Source of the DNA: Williopsis jadinii
Lineage: Eukaryota
Assembly (NCBI GenBank): GCA_024346625.1
Contig: AP024666.1
Location: 2,046,001-2,110,000, forward strand
Length of the DNA: 64,000 bases
Direction: 5' to 3'
In this document: one piece after another, positions 22,995 through 35,455 of the stretch
Position numbering within the stretch: the first letter of the stretch is position 1
Layout: the number at the start of each line of letters is the position of its first letter
Notes under the pieces: model-generated
The model's database searches: none
What the model saw: only the letters and a program-made list of their open reading frames with translations
Told to the model about the DNA's origin: nothing
Made by a program: the position numbers and the translations under genes

Positions 22995-24344
22995 TTTGTT
23001 GAGTATTTTACCTGACATGTTTCCTGCATTTATCTTGAAGCAAATGGAATCCAATGTTGGTGATCTTTCTTCCCTTTATTTATATACGCTAATTGGTCAT
23101 CCGTCAACAACTGAGAAATAAATATGTACTTTGTTTTGATAGACATGACACAAGCGAACAAGTTATTATTGAACCACTGCTGGTTTAAAGCATTCGATCG
23201 AAGCACGATGAGGGCTCTAGTGGGGTTTATCTTTGAATATCGTATCCACTTTCAGTTCAACCGAGGCCACAAATATTCGATTGAGACAATGTCGTGATAA
23301 AACCTGGCACCTAGCGATGCGAGATACCTGCACACCTATGATAAATCTGCTATTTTGACCTCACCCCTCCAATTGAAAGATGAATCTTAGAAGTCCTGCA
23401 ATCAGTCCTGTAATGCAGCAAGCCCCTAGAGGAGAATTGAAGGTGCTAAATATGACAAGAGTGTAGACTTTTTGACCGAGGTTCTTCCTCAAATAGGCTC
23501 AAGTAATTTTCCGTAGAAGTAACATATAGACTCGTAATCATTTTTGTTGGGCTCGACCTACCCTTGGTGTAATCTATACAACACCTCTCAGATTGTTAGG
23601 CCTAATACTCGGCGATTTTCAATGCGCGAGGATGCACTGATTGTCACAGTGTTCACAACTCCAATGGAGGTCACGCAGAGCTGTAGCAATGTCTTGTACG
23701 TTACATATACAGGAAAACATTACCATTTCATAGCAATGTCCACGCTTCGTGGAAACACCAGCCATAGGGGGAGAAGAGCCTTAAAAAGACCAGAGGCATA
23801 ACGGAGTGTGATATCTCTCACAGACTAATGCCACCAATTTGGCCCTAGAACTCTTCCTTGGACTGTAAAACGCCAGATATTCCACGAGAACAATGCCTCA
23901 TTGGATCCTGTGTATTGTATTAAACTCGCCAAGTGGGAGAGGAACAATTAGGAAAGTGTACGGAACATCGGTGTTTCGGTTTGAAAGTTTCTTTCGCTGA
24001 CGCTGCCTTGCGGCTTTGCTTATCTCCGCCGATGTAACACCGCTGCGGCAGTGTCCTGCACACTCCCCACAACCTTGTTTTTTTTTGCATTCACTGCATG
24101 ATCGTCGGTGATCTAATTTCAAAACTTTTGAGGTCCCCTCATAACTTGCTGTTTCTTTATTGGCAGCTGCTCTTTATGCTCCATAATGGGGGTTCTAATC
24201 GAAGAAACGACAAGACCTCGGCTCAAATGAGAGCTTGACTTGCATGTGGTGAAGGGAACATGACTGGTCGGCACTTATAAAAGACTCTCGAAGGTAACAT
24301 AATGTCACTACGCAGAACTATGACCACTATTGACAAGACAAATC

Positions 24345-26861
24345 ATGACTGAGTTTGACGTTGAAAAAGTTTTACAACAATTGAGCTTGAAGGAAAAGAT
24401 TAGCCTTGTTGCTGGTCGTGATATCTGGCACACAAATGCTGTTCCAAGACTTGGCATACCATCTATGAGGTTCTCAGATGGTCCCAATGGTATACGCGGC
24501 GTAAAGATCTTTGACGGAGTTCCTGGTGCAGTTCTACCAAATGGCACAGGATTGGCTTCGACTTTTAGCAAAGATCTGTGGTTCAAAGCAGGTGAATTGG
24601 CTGGTATTGAAGCTCGAGATAGAAGTGTTCATGTGAACTTGGGTCCGACAGCAAACATCCAAAGAGGCCCACTGGGTGGTAGAGGCTTTGAGTCGTTCTC
24701 TGAAGACCCTTACCTTTCCGGGGTGGCCAGTGCTCATGTCATCAATGGTTTACAATCTCAGAAAGTGGCTGCTACCATGAAACACTATGTGTGTAATGAT
24801 TTGGAACATGAACGTTCATCCTCTAACTCTTTGGTCACTACAAGAGCATTGAGAGAGATATACCTGGAGCCATTTAGACTTGCAGTGAAGTTGGCAAACC
24901 CTAAGGCATTTATGACTGGTTACAACAAAATTAATGGTGAGCATGTTTCACAGTCAAGGCTGTTCTTGCAAAAGATCCTCCGTGAGGAATGGGGCTGGGA
25001 TGGCTGTATCATGTCCGATTGGTTCGGTACATATACATGTAAAGACTCCATGGAAGGAGGGTTAGATATTGAGATGCCAGGCCCACCAAAGTTTAGAACA
25101 CCTGCTGCACTGGCACAGCAGATTGATTCTAAGGAGCTTCACTTGGATATTTTGGATGACAGAGTTAGAGGTGTTTTGAAATTGGTCAAATTTGTCAAGG
25201 AATCAAGTATTCCAGAGGACGGTCCTGCCAATGCGGATAACAATACACCAGAAACTTCCAAACTGCTAAGAGCTTTGGCATCTGAATCCATCGTGTTATT
25301 GAAGAATGAGGGTAATATCTTACCTTTACAGACAGACGAAACATTTGCAGTTATTGGCCCTAATGCTAAATATGCTGCTTGTTCAGGTGGTGGTTCAGCT
25401 TCATTGATTCCATACTATTCCGTGACACCTTTTGAGGGAATTACAAACAAATTAGAAACTGCACCAAAGTATACTGTTGGTGCTTATGCCCATGTTTCCT
25501 TGCCACCTTTTGCACATTTTTTGAAGAATCCTAAGACTGGTAATAAGGGAATCCATGCAACGTTTTACCATGATGCTCCAGGTACTGATAACAGAAGAGC
25601 ATTTGATGAAGTTGATACCGAAAGATCTTATCATGTGCTGTTTGATTATCAAAATCCAGAGATTACACCTTTGAGTACTTTTTATATCGATTTTGAAGGG
25701 ATATTTCGTCCAGAAGAAACCGGTTATTACGAATTTGGACTTACTGTTTTTGGAACTGCTCAGTTATTTGTCAACGATCAACTAGTTGTTGACAACAAGA
25801 CTCAACAGACAAGAGGACAATCATTCTTCCACTATGGTACAATTCAAGAAGTTGGTAAGATTCATTTGTCAATGGAGGAAGAGTATCATATCCGTATTGA
25901 ATTTGGTTCTTGTAATACATACAATGTCAGAGAAAAAGATGAAATTGATCTCAGAGGTAAAGGTGGTATAATATATGGTTGTGCAAAAATAATTGATCCT
26001 CAGGAGGAAATAGCTAAGGCTGTTGATTTGGCAAAGAGTGTTGATAAGGCTATTTTAGTCATTGGCACTAATGGTGAATGGGAATCTGAGAGTTATGATA
26101 GACAGTCGATGACACTTCCTGGGTATACTGATGAACTTGTTCAGCAAGTGTTGAAGGCAAACCCTAATAGTGTTGTTGTTAACCAGAGTGGAACTCCAGT
26201 GGAATTCCCATGGATTAAGGACTGTAAAGCATTGGTTCAAGCATGGTTTGGAGGTAATGAATTGGGAAATGCCATTGCAGATGTACTCTTTGGAGATGTC
26301 AACCCCAGTGGTAAATTATCTCTCACATTTCCTGAAAGGTTGGTTGACAATCCCACTTTCTTGTCATTCAAGACAGAAATGGGTAGAGTCTTGTATGGAG
26401 AGGATATTTTTGTTGGGTACAGATATTACGATAAACTGCAGAAAAAAGTTCTTTTTCCATTTGGATATGGTCTTTCCTACACTACTTTCCAAATGTCCTC
26501 TTTAGGAGTTGAAGTTTTGGAACTGGAGAACCGTTTGGTAGTTACTGTCAAGATTAAAAACGTTGGAAAAGTTCGTGGCAAGCAGGTTATTCAGATCTAT
26601 ATCTCTAAGTCCGATTCTGATATCATCAGACCTGTTAAGGAATTGAAGGGATTTGAAAAGATTGACCTTGAAGTTGATGAAGAACGTGACGTTACAGTTG
26701 AGCTTTCACTTAAGGACTCCGTTTCTTACTTCAATGAGTGGCATGGTAAATGGTGCGTTCTTCCAGGAGAATACATAGTTCAGGTTGGTTCATCTTCGGA
26801 TGATATCGAACTTGTGGAGAAGTTCAGCGTTGTGGAAGGTTTCATGTGGACAGGACTATAG
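24345..26861 (+). CDS. Intracellular GH3 beta-glucosidase with a PA14-type insertion
   Basis: SDGPNGIRG, RGPLGGRGFESFSEDP, KHYVCND, nucleophile MSDW, YGEDIFVGYRYY, FPFGYGLSYT. No signal peptide. TATAAAA at about 24276. Confidence 0.95.
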   Translation: MTEFDVEKVLQQLSLKEKISLVAGRDIWHTNAVPRLGIPSMRFSDGPNGIRGVKIFDGVPGAVLPNGTGLASTFSKDLWFKAGELAGIEARDRSVHVNLGPTANIQRGPLGGRGFESFSEDPYLSGVASAHVINGLQSQKVAATMKHYVCNDLEHERSSSNSLVTTRALREIYLEPFRLAVKLANPKAFMTGYNKINGEHVSQSRLFLQKILREEWGWDGCIMSDWFGTYTCKDSMEGGLDIEMPGPPKFRTPAALAQQIDSKELHLDILDDRVRGVLKLVKFVKESSIPEDGPANADNNTPETSKLLRALASESIVLLKNEGNILPLQTDETFAVIGPNAKYAACSGGGSASLIPYYSVTPFEGITNKLETAPKYTVGAYAHVSLPPFAHFLKNPKTGNKGIHATFYHDAPGTDNRRAFDEVDTERSYHVLFDYQNPEITPLSTFYIDFEGIFRPEETGYYEFGLTVFGTAQLFVNDQLVVDNKTQQTRGQSFFHYGTIQEVGKIHLSMEEEYHIRIEFGSCNTYNVREKDEIDLRGKGGIIYGCAKIIDPQEEIAKAVDLAKSVDKAILVIGTNGEWESESYDRQSMTLPGYTDELVQQVLKANPNSVVVNQSGTPVEFPWIKDCKALVQAWFGGNELGNAIADVLFGDVNPSGKLSLTFPERLVDNPTFLSFKTEMGRVLYGEDIFVGYRYYDKLQKKVLFPFGYGLSYTTFQMSSLGVEVLELENRLVVTVKIKNVGKVRGKQVIQIYISKSDSDIIRPVKELKGFEKIDLEVDEERDVTVELSLKDSVSYFNEWHGKWCVLPGEYIVQVGSSSDDIELVEKFSVVEGFMWTGL

Positions 26862-28984
26862 TTATCATGTTTTTATATATTTAACAACGTTATAGATAAA
26901 AGTTCAATATCATGCTAGATCTATTCCTTTTTCTTTGCAGCCAGATTAACACAATCAAAGTTTTAAGGTTAATAACAGATATTCTCTGATTGTTAGTACA
27001 AATCAGGAACCTGTCTGAGGTGACTTCCACAAGAAAGCGAACAAGAGTCAATATTGTCCATCTATTGAGGGTAAGTTTGAATAAGAAAACAGTTAGTTCT
27101 TGAAGAACAGTACTTCCTGTCAGTATGATGGGCTGTTTGTCAGATCAAATAATTTGCTCTAATTGAATATTCCCCATTGTGAAAGAATCAAGCAAAAGAC
27201 ATGATGAAACCACCAAATACCTCAGCGACTTCTCCAAGAGAAGGGACTGATATACTTCGAAATAATACGAATACAAACAGCACGCAACAGATACGACACA
27301 ACAGTAGACACTATAGCACTTCCATGAATGCGTTCCTTGGGCTTGAATTCTTAAACAGAGAGCTTTACCTATTCAGCTCCTATGGTCAACAAAAAAACCT
27401 TCCATGAAAGGCAAATTGGAGTTGAATCAGTGCATCTCGGTGTTTCTGTTTGAAAGTCTATTCTGCTATCGGTGTCATACATCGATTTAATTGCCCGCTG
27501 GAGAAACACGGACTACAAGGCACACTTTTTCTGACATTGAATACCAATGAAGTATCTGTATATTATTGCCAGTTGCAGCCTTTATTTATTGAAGTTCCCT
27601 CACTGACAGCTTGGTCTCAAATTCCACGGAAAAGAGTCTGATCTAAGATGCAGTAAAGCTTCAGTTGGAACCTATGGAATCATGTAGTATCGTTATCTAC
27701 TTTGAACCTTCTTTGCTAGATAAGCCAAAGCTAATTCTAACACTGGAAAGGATGCAAATGGGCTCTGTTCTACCTGATGAAGTTAACCTTTTTAGGAAAT
27801 CGGGTGAGATGTTTCTTTTAGATCGATGAAATCTGCTAAAGAATCATTCTTCGTGATTCCGTGTTGTTATGTAGCAGCTTTGGACGGCATTGCAAACAAA
27901 AGGGCAAGTCAATTGAAACTTATAGCTTGTCCTAATACAAATAATTGCTTAATTTTGCATGTAGATCTGTGAATGACCATCAGAGATGGCGAAAAGAGTT
28001 TCACGCAACTCCTGGGTATGAGCCTGGAACCATCAATACTAGAGATCTTTTCGATGAAATCAGCGCTTAACGTTCAAGGAAAGTCTTATTCCACCATGAG
28101 CATTTATATGATACTTGTTAGTACTGGCACAATCGGGTGATGGTGAAGAGCTCCAAGAGAGTTCCCACGGACTCAGAATTATAAAGTATTGGCTTGAACG
28201 TGGTTGAGAGGGATAGTGGACTCTGATAGTTCTTTGTAGGCGTGCTCTTTGAAGATATCACGGCTGGTGGTAAAAGATCATCCGTTTGAAAAGATATTGG
28301 GGCACAATCCAGGATTTCCGACATTTAAAACAGAAAAGGGTAGATAACGATAGTTACTGAGTATCTGTCCATCCAATATATCACCTTGGGTGGAAAAACG
28401 TAATTTGTTTCCTTTATTTAATTCACGGTAGGGTGTGTCCATCCTCTTTTGGAGATGGCGATACTTGCATGAGTTCGCAAAAGTCATCTGAAGAGCTGGA
28501 ACTCACTCAAACCGGATGGTAAGTGGACATTCACTCTCAAAAAATTCACATCCCTCACTCCCAGTCGTATAAAGTGGATGCTGATGTCATTAGGCCTTGA
28601 AAGATATCGTGGTGCACTGGTCATGGGTCTATCTACACAGGATTATAATTATAATTATATAATCGAATACCCATCCAAACACCAAAACATCCATACACCC
28701 CAAGACTCACACAACGGCACATCGGAAAGTTCCTCAAGCCTTAGCCGACGAGCCCACACAAAACAGCACAAAATCCCCCCCCCCTAAAAATTTATCGGAG
28801 CTGTTCCCCGAAGGCGGTGAAATTTCCCTGTGCCGGCGGCATGTGTGGGTGGGAACTTTTTTCTCTCTCTCTATTCGTCTCGTCCCGTTACGGTGCCATC
28901 CTTCCGTAGTAACGTTGATACAAACAAAGGCCCAATTGAGTTAAAGCGACCACAGATTTAGCAGCGAAGCTTGAGTAAACAGTC

Positions 28985-31053
28985 ATGTCGTACGAGAAGG
29001 TGGTTAAGGTATGTTACATCCTCTCTTTTCCCCCCAGTGCTGAGCTTGAGCCAGTGTCACTAACAACATCACACACCGAACAGGGAGCTACAAAGATTAA
29101 GGTGCGTTATCTCTCTCTATGTTTATAAACATCTCCACCTGTGGATACGTCTAATGGCAATTGATGTGAACTAACAGTGAATAGGTTGCTGCTCCTAAGC
29201 CCAAGTACATCGAGCCCATCTTGAGCGCTACGTACCATAAGAATGAGCTGAAAGAGGTTATGTCCGCTCTTCACACCCGTCTGGGAGACTCGGCATGGTC
29301 CATTGTTTACAAGTCTTTGCTGGTTATCCATATCATGATTAGAGAAGGCCACCAGGATGCTGCATTGTCATTTCTGTCGTCGCGGTCGGGGTTCTTGGAT
29401 TTACAGCACATCAGGAACATCAAGTCTGGGGACTCGAGATCCCTGTTGCGTTACGGGAAGTACCTGTCTGTTAGATCTAGGGAATTCGGCTCGACGAAGA
29501 TTGACTTCGTCAAGGATGCACAGATCAACAAGGACAAAGGTGCATTGAGGAAGCTGTCTGTGGATAAAGGTCTACTCAGAGAAGTTGAAAGCGTTGAGAC
29601 CCAGATTAAGGCTCTAATCTCTTGTAGATTTGCAGAGGCCGACATCAACAACGATATCGTATTGACCTGTTTTAGAATGCTTGTCAATGACTTGTTGTGC
29701 CTTTATCAGACCTTGAACGAAGGTGTTATTAATATCCTTGAGCATTACTTTGAGATGTCCAAATATGACGCTGAAAGAGCGTTGGAGATCTATAAGACCT
29801 TTGTTACATTAACCACTGACGTTGTTAATTACCTGAGAATTGCCAAACACTTGGAGTATGCCACGAAATTACACGTTCCGACTATTAGACACGCTCCTGT
29901 TGCTTTAGCTGATAGCCTCGAGGATTATCTAAACGACCCTAACTTTGAAGTGAATAGATCTCAGTATTTGGCTGAGAAGGAGTATAAGAACAACGGAAGC
30001 GTTGTTTCAAAGCAGTCAAAGCAACAGGATCAACAGCAGCAACAACAGGATCCACAGCAGCAGCAGCAGCAACAGCAACAACAACAACGTCAATCCGTGG
30101 TCCAACCTTTGCAAAGTCAAGTTACTGCTAATCCGTGGGCTGCTCAGTTAGGTAACCTCAGTCTACAACCTTTACAGATCCAGTATACCCAGGCATTACA
30201 GCCACAACCAACCAACAATCCATTCCTCCAACAACAGGCGCAAAATGCTCAAATCCAGGCTCAACAAACCCAGCAGGCTCAACTTCAACAGGTTCAGGTT
30301 CAGCCGAACCAAGTTCAGAGCCTTCAGACCGGAAGTTTCAGCTCATATCCTGCGAATACGATTGTTCCTTCCTTCACAGGTGCTGGATTTGGGGGATATA
30401 CTGTTCAACCACAATCTACTGGTAATCCATTCCTGCAACAGCAACAATCACAACAGCAGCAACAGGTACAAGCACAGAGTCAGCAACAAGAAACACCCGT
30501 TAAACTTGTTTCATCAGCAACTGGGAATAATCCATTCTCTTTGAACTACAAGTCAACACATCTCTCTTCAATCTCTGAGCAATCCAGTGTCGAAACACAG
30601 CATACCAATAATCCGTTTTCCCTATCTAAAACTGCCACTGGGAACGTTGCTCCCCAACAAACCGGCAATGCACTGACTAATCCATTCCAATCTTCAAATG
30701 CTGCAGGTGGTGGTACACATGCTACAATGGGAGGTTATGAACAACTACCAACGCAGCCTGTTTTCCCTCAAACGATTCAGGAACAACGCACTAATCAGTT
30801 TAATCAACAAGCTAACTGGGAATTGCAAAACCAAATCCAACAAAATAGAATGTCAACTTTTAATGGGTTTCAACAACAACCACAACAACAACAGCAGCAG
30901 CAGCAGCAGTTACAGAATCAATTTACCGGTTTCCAACAACAACAACCTGTGTTGCAAAACCAGTTCACTGGGTTCCAACAGCAACAACCTCAGCTACAAC
31001 AGCAACAACAACAAGCTGCTTACTCGATGTATAATGGCCCAAGCTTGATCTAA
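28985..31053 (+). CDS. YAP1802: AP180/ANTH clathrin adaptor (Yap1801/Yap1802 family). Exons 28985-29008, 29084-29101 and 29185-31053.
   Basis: The spliced N-terminus reads MSYEKVVKGATKIKVAAPKPKYIEPIL. ANTH motif IVYKSLLVIHIMIREG, multiple NPF motifs and a Q-rich tail. Introns GTATGT..CACTAAC..CAG and GTGCGT..AACTAAC..TAG. Confidence 0.9.
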
Positions 31054-31299
31054 TGATGAGAAGGAAAGGCGCCAACGCAGCTGTTGACAGTAATAATGTG
31101 TCTTTCAATCCCTTGGAAGCTGTTATGTATTAGTGATTTATTTTTGTATGCACACATGTATTCTCCTATTGCAAGAAAACTAAAACACACTATTCTGAGT
31201 AATTATATAATAAATAGTAAAGTGTTTTTATCATGTACTTTAGTCTTAAGCCATAAGTATCTTCGTTGTATGGTTAATTTCCATGAAAGGACTGAATGT

Positions 31300-32547
31300 C
31301 TAACTCTGCTTTTGAGTTTCGTTGGCTCCTGGTTTTAAAGTACTGCCTGACGGAATCAATTTTTCACCATAAACTTGCAAAAGATGAGTACGACGGTATT
31401 CATGTGGTAGGATATGCTTACGGAAAGAGTGTCTTAGACCATAGCACTCTTTACATTTGGACACTTTACCCTTGCTTGTAACTTCCTCATAACTCGGTAG
31501 TTTCAAATCGTGGACATCAGTTGACGTTGATGACGATTCCATCGATTGATTGGGTGTACTTGAATCTTCAATGTGGATATCAAGTTGAGACTCAACAGGA
31601 GGTGCTTCGATCTGAGATGCTTCACATCCTTGTGTTATATTGTCAAAATTATACTTTTGTTCACACAACTGTGCCAACCGTTGATATGAGAACTTGCCCC
31701 TGTATAACGGTGTGTCTTCAACGTGTAATGCATTATCGTCCAAGGCATGACTTGTAATCCACCTTTGAACATCCTCCAGCTCTGGTAATTTGCCCTGCAT
31801 CCAAGATTCCGTTACCAGCGCTAAGATGTCGTCTTGTGTTTTTGATTCTAACCCCCTCAAGGATTCAAAGATCCATTGGAATTCAACGAGATGTCTCATT
31901 CCTTGATTGTCGGTGAACTGTTCTGAGATCTGATCCCGTATACGCTTTAAATACTCCAAACGTTCGGTCAGAGAGCGATGTGACCTCACTATTCTCATGT
32001 CATCAATAACGTTGGTGAACAAAGACATCATTTCACTAGGGGTTTGGAAATTCGTAGCAGTTTCTAACAGCTCCTTTGACGTCATCTTCAAAGTTTGCCA
32101 TCTCGAAGAGATGTGCTGCGGTATCACGCATTCGACGAGCCAATCTTTAACTCTTAGATCCACGTTCTTGTAGAAGAACTCGTGCCCAGCATTCGACACA
32201 GAACGGTCAATCAACCACGGCTTCCTCTCAAAGGTCTGCGGAATCTCACTTGTCAGTACCGTGTGAACCAATGGGAAGGAGTCCTTCACCTCTTTCAACA
32301 GCCTCTCCCTTGTAACGCTAAAGGAAATATCATGACCGAAATAGAGCCCTTTAGACCGGCCGAGCTCGCTCAACTCTTCAACCTGCGGCAACGACTCTTC
32401 AAGCAGCTTCGAAGTGATATTAGTACCCAATACGGTCTCAGACTGTCCCTGCTCCTCCAACAACCCAGCCCTGATGATACACTTCTTCTCATCCGAAGAC
32501 AGCTGGTTGAAAAGTCTCTTCAGCTCCTCGAATTTGTTCTTGTCCAT
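31300..32547 (-). CDS. Hypothetical protein (start uncertain)
   Basis: Long ORF of more than 400 codons. No family recognised. Confidence 0.55.
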   Translation of the reverse strand: MDKNKFEELKRLFNQLSSDEKKCIIRAGLLEEQGQSETVLGTNITSKLLEESLPQVEELSELGRSKGLYFGHDISFSVTRERLLKEVKDSFPLVHTVLTSEIPQTFERKPWLIDRSVSNAGHEFFYKNVDLRVKDWLVECVIPQHISSRWQTLKMTSKELLETATNFQTPSEMMSLFTNVIDDMRIVRSHRSLTERLEYLKRIRDQISEQFTDNQGMRHLVEFQWIFESLRGLESKTQDDILALVTESWMQGKLPELEDVQRWITSHALDDNALHVEDTPLYRGKFSYQRLAQLCEQKYNFDNITQGCEASQIEAPPVESQLDIHIEDSSTPNQSMESSSTSTDVHDLKLPSYEEVTSKGKVSKCKECYGLRHSFRKHILPHEYRRTHLLQVYGEKLIPSGSTLKPGANETQKQS

Positions 32548-32936
32548 GTTCTTTGTGCACGAATCCACAGGAAAATATGCCAAAGTAAACAAAGCAATCA
32601 GAGTCAGACATATGTGCATCAACAAACGTCGAGGGGACGGAGGGTTTGAAAACCAAACAACAAACAACCGAAACGTAAACAAATGCCCTGATTGGGATAT
32701 TACCTATTCGGGGTATTTCCCATAATTTGGGTCGTGCGCTGTGACAAAACAGGAGCCTTGACAAAACTTGCGCGGCGATAACAATCTTTGTGCTTGGGCC
32801 TATCGCATACAAAACAAAGGGAAGAAAAACAAGGAACAAAACACACAAACGTAAACAAACAACAACGGAACAGAAGAAGTTGAGAAAAAACGCTGGCGGT
32901 GAAGTTTTTGAGCGAGGCGGCTGACACGTAGAGGCG

Positions 32937-35429
32937 ATGAAGAGACAGAGCGATAGCAAAGAAGGTCCTGTGGAGAAAGTAGCAAGGATTGAGGCGAAAG
33001 AGAACGGGAATGAGCATGCTGGTTGCACTAGTACGAATGGCTCATCTACAGTAGTTACGACGGGGAGTTTACAGTCTAACGGGAGGCCATCATCAAGTAT
33101 CGTTGGTATCTCGAGAACCATTGCTGCCTGTCAGCGGTGTAGACAGAAGAAGACCAAATGTGACCAGCAGTTCCCGAGTTGTGCTCGTTGTTTGAAAGCT
33201 GGTGTTGCGTGTGTCGGGTTGGACCCTGCAACAGGTCGTCAGGTCCCCAGATCATATGTGATTTCGCTTGAAGATCGTATTGGTCACCTGGAGGCGCTGT
33301 TGAAGCAGCATGGGATCGATCCTAATGGTTCGGTTAACGATGACAGTGCTGTGTTGCCCTCAAGCAACCACTCTTCACCTCAGATTAACCATTCACCTGT
33401 TTCCGTTGCGTCGAATAACTCTGGGATGTCACAGCCTCCAAAGGACTCTATAGGGACGAGTGTTAAACTTGCTGTTCCCTCTAACAACTCGAAAGATTTG
33501 TCGTTTTATATCGGTGATTCGTCAGGGATTTCTTTTGCCAAATTGTTGTTTACCGCGGTCAATTTCCATCCAGGCTCGATTACGGAGAATAACTCAATAA
33601 CTACAAGGGTACCCACTGCAAAGGATGGTACGCAGCAGATTACAACTTCTCTGCCTAATAAGCAGATGACGGAGTACTTGATCAAGTGTTACTTTGAACA
33701 GTCGAATACCCAATTGCCAATTGTACACAGAGAATATTTTATAAATCATTACTTCAAACCCGTGTATGGGAATCTATCAGCTGATTTGAAGTTGGCCTCG
33801 AACTACACAAAGATGAACTTGGATACTTCACCAATTGCAGATGAGGATACCTGGTATCATCAATACCAGAAGAAAAAACTACAAGCGTATGAGGCATCAG
33901 AGGTCCCGACTGAATTTCACCAACCATTATTCTTCTTGCACATGATATTTGCCATTTCATCGTCGATAAACTTATTGAACTATGACCCTGAAACATCAAA
34001 CTCTTACAGGTTACAGGCAATGATCTTTGTGGAATCAATATACTCTGCAGAAGATAGATTAGTTTGCTTACAAGGATTGTTGTTTATGACGTTATTCTCC
34101 ATAATGAGGCCTTCAAATCCAGGAGTGTGGTATATATTGGGCACTTCATTAAGACTATGTGTTGATTTGGGGCTGCACACAGAAAAGTTGAACAGTCAAT
34201 TCTCTCCATTTGTCAAAGATATGAGACGCCGTCTATTTTGGTGTGCTTACTCGCTTGACCGTCAAGTTTGTGTGTATTTGGGGCGTCCGTTTGGTATCCC
34301 TGAAGAGAGCGTCTCTACCAAGTTTCCAGTGGAATTGGATGATTGTCTGATTAACGAAGATGAAACACAGGACTTCACAGGAGCCTCTAACTCATTACCG
34401 ACTTACAAGACGATATCTTTAAACTTCTTCAAGATTAGAAGAATTCAAGCGGAAATCTTGGAAGTTTTATACTTTTCGAGTTCAACATTACCACGATTTT
34501 ATAACAATTTGAACGATTGGAAACAAAAGATCGACAACCAACTGGAACATTGGTTTAGAGCAATACCATTAAAGACCTCAAGAAAGTGCAATTGTGACTT
34601 CAATTTCGAATTTTTCAAGTTGAACTATCACCATACAAAGATGTTACTATTTGGAGTAACGCCAAAGAATTCAAAACCAACAAATAACACATTGAGAGTG
34701 ATATTTGATTCTTCAAAAGGTATAATCGATTGCTATGCAGAGTTGTTGAAATCCAAAACAGTGAACTACACGTGGTCTGCAGTACACAATTTATTCATGG
34801 CAGGAACTTCGTTCTTCTATGCCATATATACTTCAAGGGATAACTTAATCACAGTTGAGGAGTTTCAAAGGCAATCAAGAACAGTGATCGATGTCTTGAC
34901 CTCATTGGTGCAATCATGCGAAGCGGCATCACCATGTGTTGAGATATTTGAGATATTGACTCTTGCCATGATCAGAATGAAGTTTGAGAACGCAGACCAT
35001 TCTAATATAGTTACACATACTGATTTGGATGACATTGATAAGTTCTTTGAACAGTTGAACCAAAAGACCCCAAGTGAACATGGGGACATTTTCAAAGATC
35101 TGAAACAACCAACACCTATAAATCCAATGAATACCATAAGGATGTTACAACAACATCATCATCAGCAGCAACAACAATCACAGACACCACAGGAATGGCA
35201 ACATAGTATATCTCGAAATCAGAGATCAATAGCTGGGTCACCTGAGAGCTCATCGGATGGTCAATATCCTAGTCTTTCTACCCCACCGTTGAACTCGTAT
35301 GGGGGCAACGGTCACATCACTCAGGACTTTGAACAACAGAGAATATTTGAATTGATGAACCAAATTTCAAGTGACACGATATATAAGCAGATGTTTGGGG
35401 GACAAGACTTTATGGGAACCGGTATATAG
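32937..35429 (+). CDS. PPR1: Zn2Cys6 transcription factor, Ppr1/UaY-like
   Basis: ACQRCRQKKTKCDQQFPSCARC...CVGLDPATGRQVPRSYV..LEDR, and the fungal TF domain RRRLFWCAYSLDRQVCVYLGRPFGI. Confidence 0.8.
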   Translation: MKRQSDSKEGPVEKVARIEAKENGNEHAGCTSTNGSSTVVTTGSLQSNGRPSSSIVGISRTIAACQRCRQKKTKCDQQFPSCARCLKAGVACVGLDPATGRQVPRSYVISLEDRIGHLEALLKQHGIDPNGSVNDDSAVLPSSNHSSPQINHSPVSVASNNSGMSQPPKDSIGTSVKLAVPSNNSKDLSFYIGDSSGISFAKLLFTAVNFHPGSITENNSITTRVPTAKDGTQQITTSLPNKQMTEYLIKCYFEQSNTQLPIVHREYFINHYFKPVYGNLSADLKLASNYTKMNLDTSPIADEDTWYHQYQKKKLQAYEASEVPTEFHQPLFFLHMIFAISSSINLLNYDPETSNSYRLQAMIFVESIYSAEDRLVCLQGLLFMTLFSIMRPSNPGVWYILGTSLRLCVDLGLHTEKLNSQFSPFVKDMRRRLFWCAYSLDRQVCVYLGRPFGIPEESVSTKFPVELDDCLINEDETQDFTGASNSLPTYKTISLNFFKIRRIQAEILEVLYFSSSTLPRFYNNLNDWKQKIDNQLEHWFRAIPLKTSRKCNCDFNFEFFKLNYHHTKMLLFGVTPKNSKPTNNTLRVIFDSSKGIIDCYAELLKSKTVNYTWSAVHNLFMAGTSFFYAIYTSRDNLITVEEFQRQSRTVIDVLTSLVQSCEAASPCVEIFEILTLAMIRMKFENADHSNIVTHTDLDDIDKFFEQLNQKTPSEHGDIFKDLKQPTPINPMNTIRMLQQHHHQQQQQSQTPQEWQHSISRNQRSIAGSPESSSDGQYPSLSTPPLNSYGGNGHITQDFEQQRIFELMNQISSDTIYKQMFGGQDFMGTGI

Positions 35430-35455
35430 CTTAGGCCACTGATATAGAAGACCAA

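Noticed and set aside
27200..28790. Short ORFs between the GH3 gene and the AP180 gene
   Set aside because: No recognisable motifs or consistent frame.
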